Origin: Microthyrium microscopicum
Taxonomy: Eukaryota
DNA: 64,000 nt
Assembly (NCBI GenBank): GCA_010405405.1
Contig: MU004238.1
Span: 507,530 to 571,529 of the forward strand
Direction of reading: 5' to 3'
Shown: one piece after another, positions 60,937 to 64,000 of the stretch
Position numbering within the stretch: position 1 is the first letter of the stretch
How the letters are laid out: every line of letters begins with the position of its first letter
The notes under the pieces: generated by a model
What the model saw: only the letters and a program-made list of their open reading frames with translations
Told to the model about the DNA's origin: nothing
The model's database searches: none
Position numbers and translations under genes: made by a program

Positions 60937-63900
60937 TCAGAAAGCTTCCACCGCTTCACTAACCACACCCTCCAACATGCCTAATCCATACCACTTTGCC
61001 ACACTCCCCATAACATCCAACCGACTCTTGACTTCTTCGCGACTAACACTGCCAACCCATTCACCCGCACACGCACAATGTTCCATAAAGTCATTGACAC
61101 GTATACGTTTACATTTCGCACATTTGAGATCTTGCGTGCTCCAACGCACTAGATCACGCTGCACACGCGCGACTAACCGCTGCTCAATCGCCATACGGTC
61201 CAGTGCCGTCGAGCAAGACGTGCATCGCCACTGCGGTAGCAGGCTCTGCACTACCGCCAGATCAGTAGCTGTTGTGGGTGGTGGCAGGATATCTGCGTCA
61301 CGGCAGAGATCAAGGTCTCGCACGGCGCAGCATTCGTCGCACACGAGGCCTGGGATGACAAGACTGGCGGACGGGTTGGTAAATGCGGCTGCGGCGGAGA
61401 ATTCGCGGATGTCAAAGAGGGCGAGGAGAGCGGCGCGGAGCTGGCGGGCGGAGAGGTTGAGAGCGCGGTCAAGGGAAAGGATTTGCATGATTGATTTTAC
61501 GAGTTGAAGAGCTGGGTTTTCGAGACTGAGGTATGAGCCGGGAAGTTTGGGGAAGAGGTAGTCGCCGGCAAGCTCGGGGTGGAGAATTTCGTTCTGTTGG
61601 CGACGGACGAGAGTGGCCATTTGTTTTTGTAGGGCCTTGGTGAAGTCTGCTGGTAGGCAGTTTTTGGGATCGTCAGGATCAAAGTCTTCTGTGATTGATC
61701 TGAAGATTGGCATTTGGGTTGCTCTGGGCGCTGAGGAATTGGGATCGTTGGATTGCGGTCTTTTGCGCTCATGCATGATGTTGACGAACTGAACAACCCA
61801 ATCTTCGAAAGTCTGCTGCATCGAAATTGGTAAGAAAGTGGCCAGTTGCCAGTTCATGATGGTGTCGAGACTCTGTTGATCTGCTTCGATGACTTCCTTG
61901 CACCCTTTACCACCGTAGTTGAAGGAGTCATACCAAATCAGATAGTCCCAGTATTCTGTAATCTCCAAATCCAAGAACGTAAAGATGGGCTTCGCTTTGA
62001 CGGTCTTTAAAATATACTGACTGTATGCATAAGCATTGCCGACTTCCGCTTTGGTAGTCTGGAGTAGCAAACGATGTGCACTGGCATATACAATGTGTGA
62101 GCCCACACGTCTGAAGTCTGCCATAAGCTGCTGTAGAGCTTTGCGCGACATGACTTGCACATAGTAATGCAACGATCGATCATATAGGAATGATCCTTGA
62201 TTCTCGACCCAGCGCAACAAATGCTGCACTAGAATATCAGCCATATCGCCACCATTTGATGCTTCTGTCCACCAAGCCTTGACCATTTCACGTAATACCA
62301 TAATACCGGCCGTAGCGAAAGCGTTCTCGGAGTGGATAGCAGTGGAGTTCAGTTCGCCATTGTCATCTGTTGGTGGCGCAGGATTGAATGAGATGGAGTC
62401 GGTGCCTTCAGCTTCGTTAATGAGTGAGCTCGCCAGAATTGTGTTTACGGCAAGATTTCGAACGCTCAGATCAATGCAAACAGACGCATAGGTTCCAGGG
62501 GTATTGATTGCAGGCATGTCGACTTCTTCAAGAGTACTGAGAATGCTATCCTTCTCATACCCAGCATGATCTGGCTGTGGGCTGGATGACCACCATAGCA
62601 CAACCTTTTCTTTTTGCAAACGGCGTGCATATGCTACATCGATCAAGAAACGCACGTCGTGGCTCTCCAAGTTGCATAGGGGGATATTGCCATAGCGAGA
62701 CAAATCAGTCAAATGGGCAATCCAAGTACCGACGCCGAGATAATGGCCAATGACACGTTTCGCCATCGCTGTTTGCCAACCAAGTGGAGGAAGCGTACGA
62801 TCCGAGTCGTCCGTCTTGAGACTAAGAATTGGCAAGTCCTTCATGACGGGAACATCATGAGCGAGCATTTGGACCTGGTCGCTCTGTACGACTAGTGCTA
62901 GAGCCTTGTCCTTTTCTTCAGCACGGATGCGCTTGATGGTATCGCTTACTTCAATGTAGGCCTTTCGACGGGAGGTGACAATACTTGTCTTAAAGTGGAC
63001 TGTTGGGGAGTACTCGAAGTTCTCTGGCAGACTCATTCCATCAGCAATACGGCGATCGTAAAGCTCCTGGTATATCTTATCCATGTTGGGCATGCCTTGA
63101 TCATCCCGACTGCGGTTGAGGATGATGAATTGGGCTTGGCCAGAGGGTGAAAAGATGGCGAATATTTGGCGGTCAGACGTGATGATGTGGCAAACAAAGA
63201 TATAGCGCATTGTCGCTTGGTCCAGGTATGGCTCTTTCTGTTTGACTTGCCTCAAGGTTGATAGGTCGAAGCCTTGGTCAAGACCTTTGCCTAGTACACC
63301 ACCTTGCGTTTCGTCGAATGTGCACACGTTTCCAAGCTGGAGAACTGCTCGCGTATTAAGCGGCAGGTCCTGCTCGTATACGCCCTCAACTGCTGGATGG
63401 TTGACGAGGAGTCGTATCTTCTTGCTTTCTGTACGATAAACAGACTCGGGTAATGTGAGCTTGAACAGGTGAACAGAGGGATGACCGTTGGGTAGTGTGT
63501 GGCCAACGACTTTTTCCACCTGACACCCTTCGATCGTGACATCTGGTAGGTCGTCTGTCTTCAAGTTGAGATAGAGGATTCGTGGCACAACGACCTTTAG
63601 TGTATGCATCTTGTTGTTGATCAACACAAACGCTCTTACTTCACCAGGAGCTTCCGTCTCTCGCAGTTGAACAAGCTGCCAAGTACTGATGAAGACCATC
63701 TCAGCCTGATTTCTAAATATGCTGCCAATCGTATCAGACGCATCTGTTCGGCGGTCTCCAAAGAGCTGTCGTCGTCGAATGCGTGCTTGCTTCTGAAGCT
63801 TCCACTTCTGTTTCTGATATCTTAACCAACCCTTGTAATCTCCAGAGATCGGGGGCATTTTGGCAGGCAAGCTAGCGAATGGATCCGCATTCACAGGTAC

Positions 63901-64000
63901 AGTGGGCTCAGGGGCCTTTCGCTTCTGTACCATTTTTGTTGCAGAACCGTTCTTCTTGATCAACTGCATGCCAGGCTTAGCACCAAAGTCTTCCATATCA
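60937..64000 (-). CDS. POL2: DNA polymerase epsilon catalytic subunit, C-terminal half; 5' part lies outside the window
   Basis: WLRYQKQKWKLQ, LWWSSSPQPDHAG, EYWDYLIWYDSFNYGG and the C-terminal CDEC..CTSC and QDLKCAKC..CAC metal-binding motifs. Confidence 0.98.
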   Translation of the reverse strand, partial: DMEDFGAKPGMQLIKKNGSATKMVQKRKAPEPTVPVNADPFASLPAKMPPISGDYKGWLRYQKQKWKLQKQARIRRRQLFGDRRTDASDTIGSIFRNQAEMVFISTWQLVQLRETEAPGEVRAFVLINNKMHTLKVVVPRILYLNLKTDDLPDVTIEGCQVEKVVGHTLPNGHPSVHLFKLTLPESVYRTESKKIRLLVNHPAVEGVYEQDLPLNTRAVLQLGNVCTFDETQGGVLGKGLDQGFDLSTLRQVKQKEPYLDQATMRYIFVCHIITSDRQIFAIFSPSGQAQFIILNRSRDDQGMPNMDKIYQELYDRRIADGMSLPENFEYSPTVHFKTSIVTSRRKAYIEVSDTIKRIRAEEKDKALALVVQSDQVQMLAHDVPVMKDLPILSLKTDDSDRTLPPLGWQTAMAKRVIGHYLGVGTWIAHLTDLSRYGNIPLCNLESHDVRFLIDVAYARRLQKEKVVLWWSSSPQPDHAGYEKDSILSTLEEVDMPAINTPGTYASVCIDLSVRNLAVNTILASSLINEAEGTDSISFNPAPPTDDNGELNSTAIHSENAFATAGIMVLREMVKAWWTEASNGGDMADILVQHLLRWVENQGSFLYDRSLHYYVQVMSRKALQQLMADFRRVGSHIVYASAHRLLLQTTKAEVGNAYAYSQYILKTVKAKPIFTFLDLEITEYWDYLIWYDSFNYGGKGCKEVIEADQQSLDTIMNWQLATFLPISMQQTFEDWVVQFVNIMHERKRPQSNDPNSSAPRATQMPIFRSITEDFDPDDPKNCLPADFTKALQKQMATLVRRQQNEILHPELAGDYLFPKLPGSYLSLENPALQLVKSIMQILSLDRALNLSARQLRAALLALFDIREFSAAAAFTNPSASLVIPGLVCDECCAVRDLDLCRDADILPPPTTATDLAVVQSLLPQWRCTSCSTALDRMAIEQRLVARVQRDLVRWSTQDLKCAKCKRIRVNDFMEHCACAGEWVGSVSREEVKSRLDVMGSVAKWYGLGMLEGVVSEAVEAF

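Overview
A 64-kb segment of a gene-dense, intron-containing filamentous ascomycete (Pezizomycotina) chromosome. I read about 25 protein-coding genes. Conserved ones: MSS4 PI4P 5-kinase (runs off the left edge), TRS31, a two-LIM-domain protein, INO1, an ER DnaJ/TPR co-chaperone, a WDR44-type WD40 protein, RRB1, TEM1/spg1, APC11 and the C-terminal half of POL2 (runs off the right edge). Accessory ones: an apparently inactive membrane-anchored aspartic-protease homologue, a CVNH lectin with a prion-like domain, a type II membrane class-3 lipase, an M20 carbamoylase, two carboxylesterases, an F-box-like/R3H protein, an UNC-93-like MFS transporter, a TPR-ankyrin protein and small secreted or hydrophilin-like proteins. 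Several genes are decayed: a Zn2Cys6 regulator, the tail of a HET-type gene and a frameshifted DUF4804/MavL-like macrodomain gene. Two mobile elements can be bounded to the base. One is a RIP-damaged 2.6-kb hAT transposon (13-bp TIRs, 8-bp TSD). The other, about 900 bp away, is a pristine 849-bp non-coding miniature LTR element (TRIM-like) with identical 147-bp LTRs, a 4-bp TSD and a tRNA-Lys-type primer-binding site; this is the most unusual item in the window. Exon boundaries and family calls were made by eye; no searches were run.
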